A stretch of DNA of 64,000 nucleotides from an uncultured Eubacteriales bacterium (lineage in GTDB: Bacteria; Acidobacteriota; Aminicenantia; Aminicenantales; Aminicenantaceae). Below, one piece after another: positions 63,926-64,000 of this stretch (position 1 is its first letter; the number at the start of each line of letters is the position of its first letter). Made by a program: the position numbers and the translations under genes. The stretch is taken from positions 71,021 to 135,020 of the forward strand of contig CAZJYC010000001.1 of assembly GCA_964550165.1 (NCBI GenBank), in the 5' to 3' direction. Under the pieces are notes generated by a model. It saw nothing but the letters and a program-made list of their open reading frames with translations. It had not been told where the DNA came from and searched no databases.

Positions 63926-64000
63926 ATGAAAAAACCTAATGAGGATTCAAAACAGCGAAAGCTTTTGCGCATTCATCCCGTGTGGTATTTGTTCATGCAG
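63926..64000 (+). CDS. 5' end of a paralog of the small RIHPVWY protein, running off the window
   Basis: MKKPNEDSKQRKLLRIHPVWYLFMQ; compare the 59394 gene. Confidence 0.4.
   Translation, partial: MKKPNEDSKQRKLLRIHPVWYLFMQ

Overview
This 64 kb window is bacterial chromosomal DNA with about 50% GC and dense coding on both strands. It probably comes from an uncultivated lineage: many products match only domain families. Because of codon bias, most genes carry long antisense ORFs.

**Left third, 1-19.1 kb: type IV pilus locus**
- It opens with a C-terminally truncated sensor histidine kinase that has a periplasmic PDZ-like domain.
- A tightly overlapping pilC-pilB-pilM-pilN-pilO-pilP-pilQ operon follows, in which PilQ carries an N-terminal TPR lipoprotein module.
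- A tRNA-CAT and tilS lie next.
- Then come two prepilin-type minor pilins and three tandem paralogous large PilX_N-domain proteins.
- A convergent prepilin peptidase gene (pilD) closes the locus.

**Middle, 19-52.7 kb: mixed housekeeping and accessory genes**
- ABC-2 exporter
- internally deleted, frameshifted S9 peptidase remnant
- fRMsr, FadL, and Spy/CpxP-like protein
- FecR-domain protein with a Trp-rich block and a roughly 300-aa Ser/Arg tail
- TlpA-like redoxin and MFS transporter
- nrdD-grx-nrdG-dut operon
- TrmH-like methyltransferase, OsmC, SppA, DUF429, DUF2961, amidohydrolase
- repeat-flanked lipid-kinase/epimerase/membrane/radical-SAM cassette
- PHP-domain hydrolase

**Right end, 52.8-64 kb: sigma-54 regulatory locus**
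- M19 dipeptidase, followed by a sigma-54 promoter.
- A peptide-type SBP, a sensor HK and an NtrC-family activator follow.
- A second sigma-54 promoter sits upstream of a split REC / small 'RIHPVWY' protein / Fis-like HTH module.
- A third sigma-54 promoter drives a short terminated transcript and structured leader ahead of a 1077-aa Oar-like TonB-dependent receptor.
- The window ends with a paralog of the small RIHPVWY protein.

**Repeats**
- A 183-185 bp MITE-like element occurs in two copies with perfect 15-bp TIRs and 10-bp target-site duplications.
- A mosaic intergenic repeat family has four or more copies and is built around a GGGGACAGTCCCC hairpin.

**Most likely novel**
- the tandem-triplicated PilX_N proteins
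- the sigma-54 locus: split regulator, small RIHPVWY proteins and a candidate sRNA/leader
- the repeat-flanked radical-SAM lipid cassette
- the FecR / Trp-rich / Ser-Arg-tail protein
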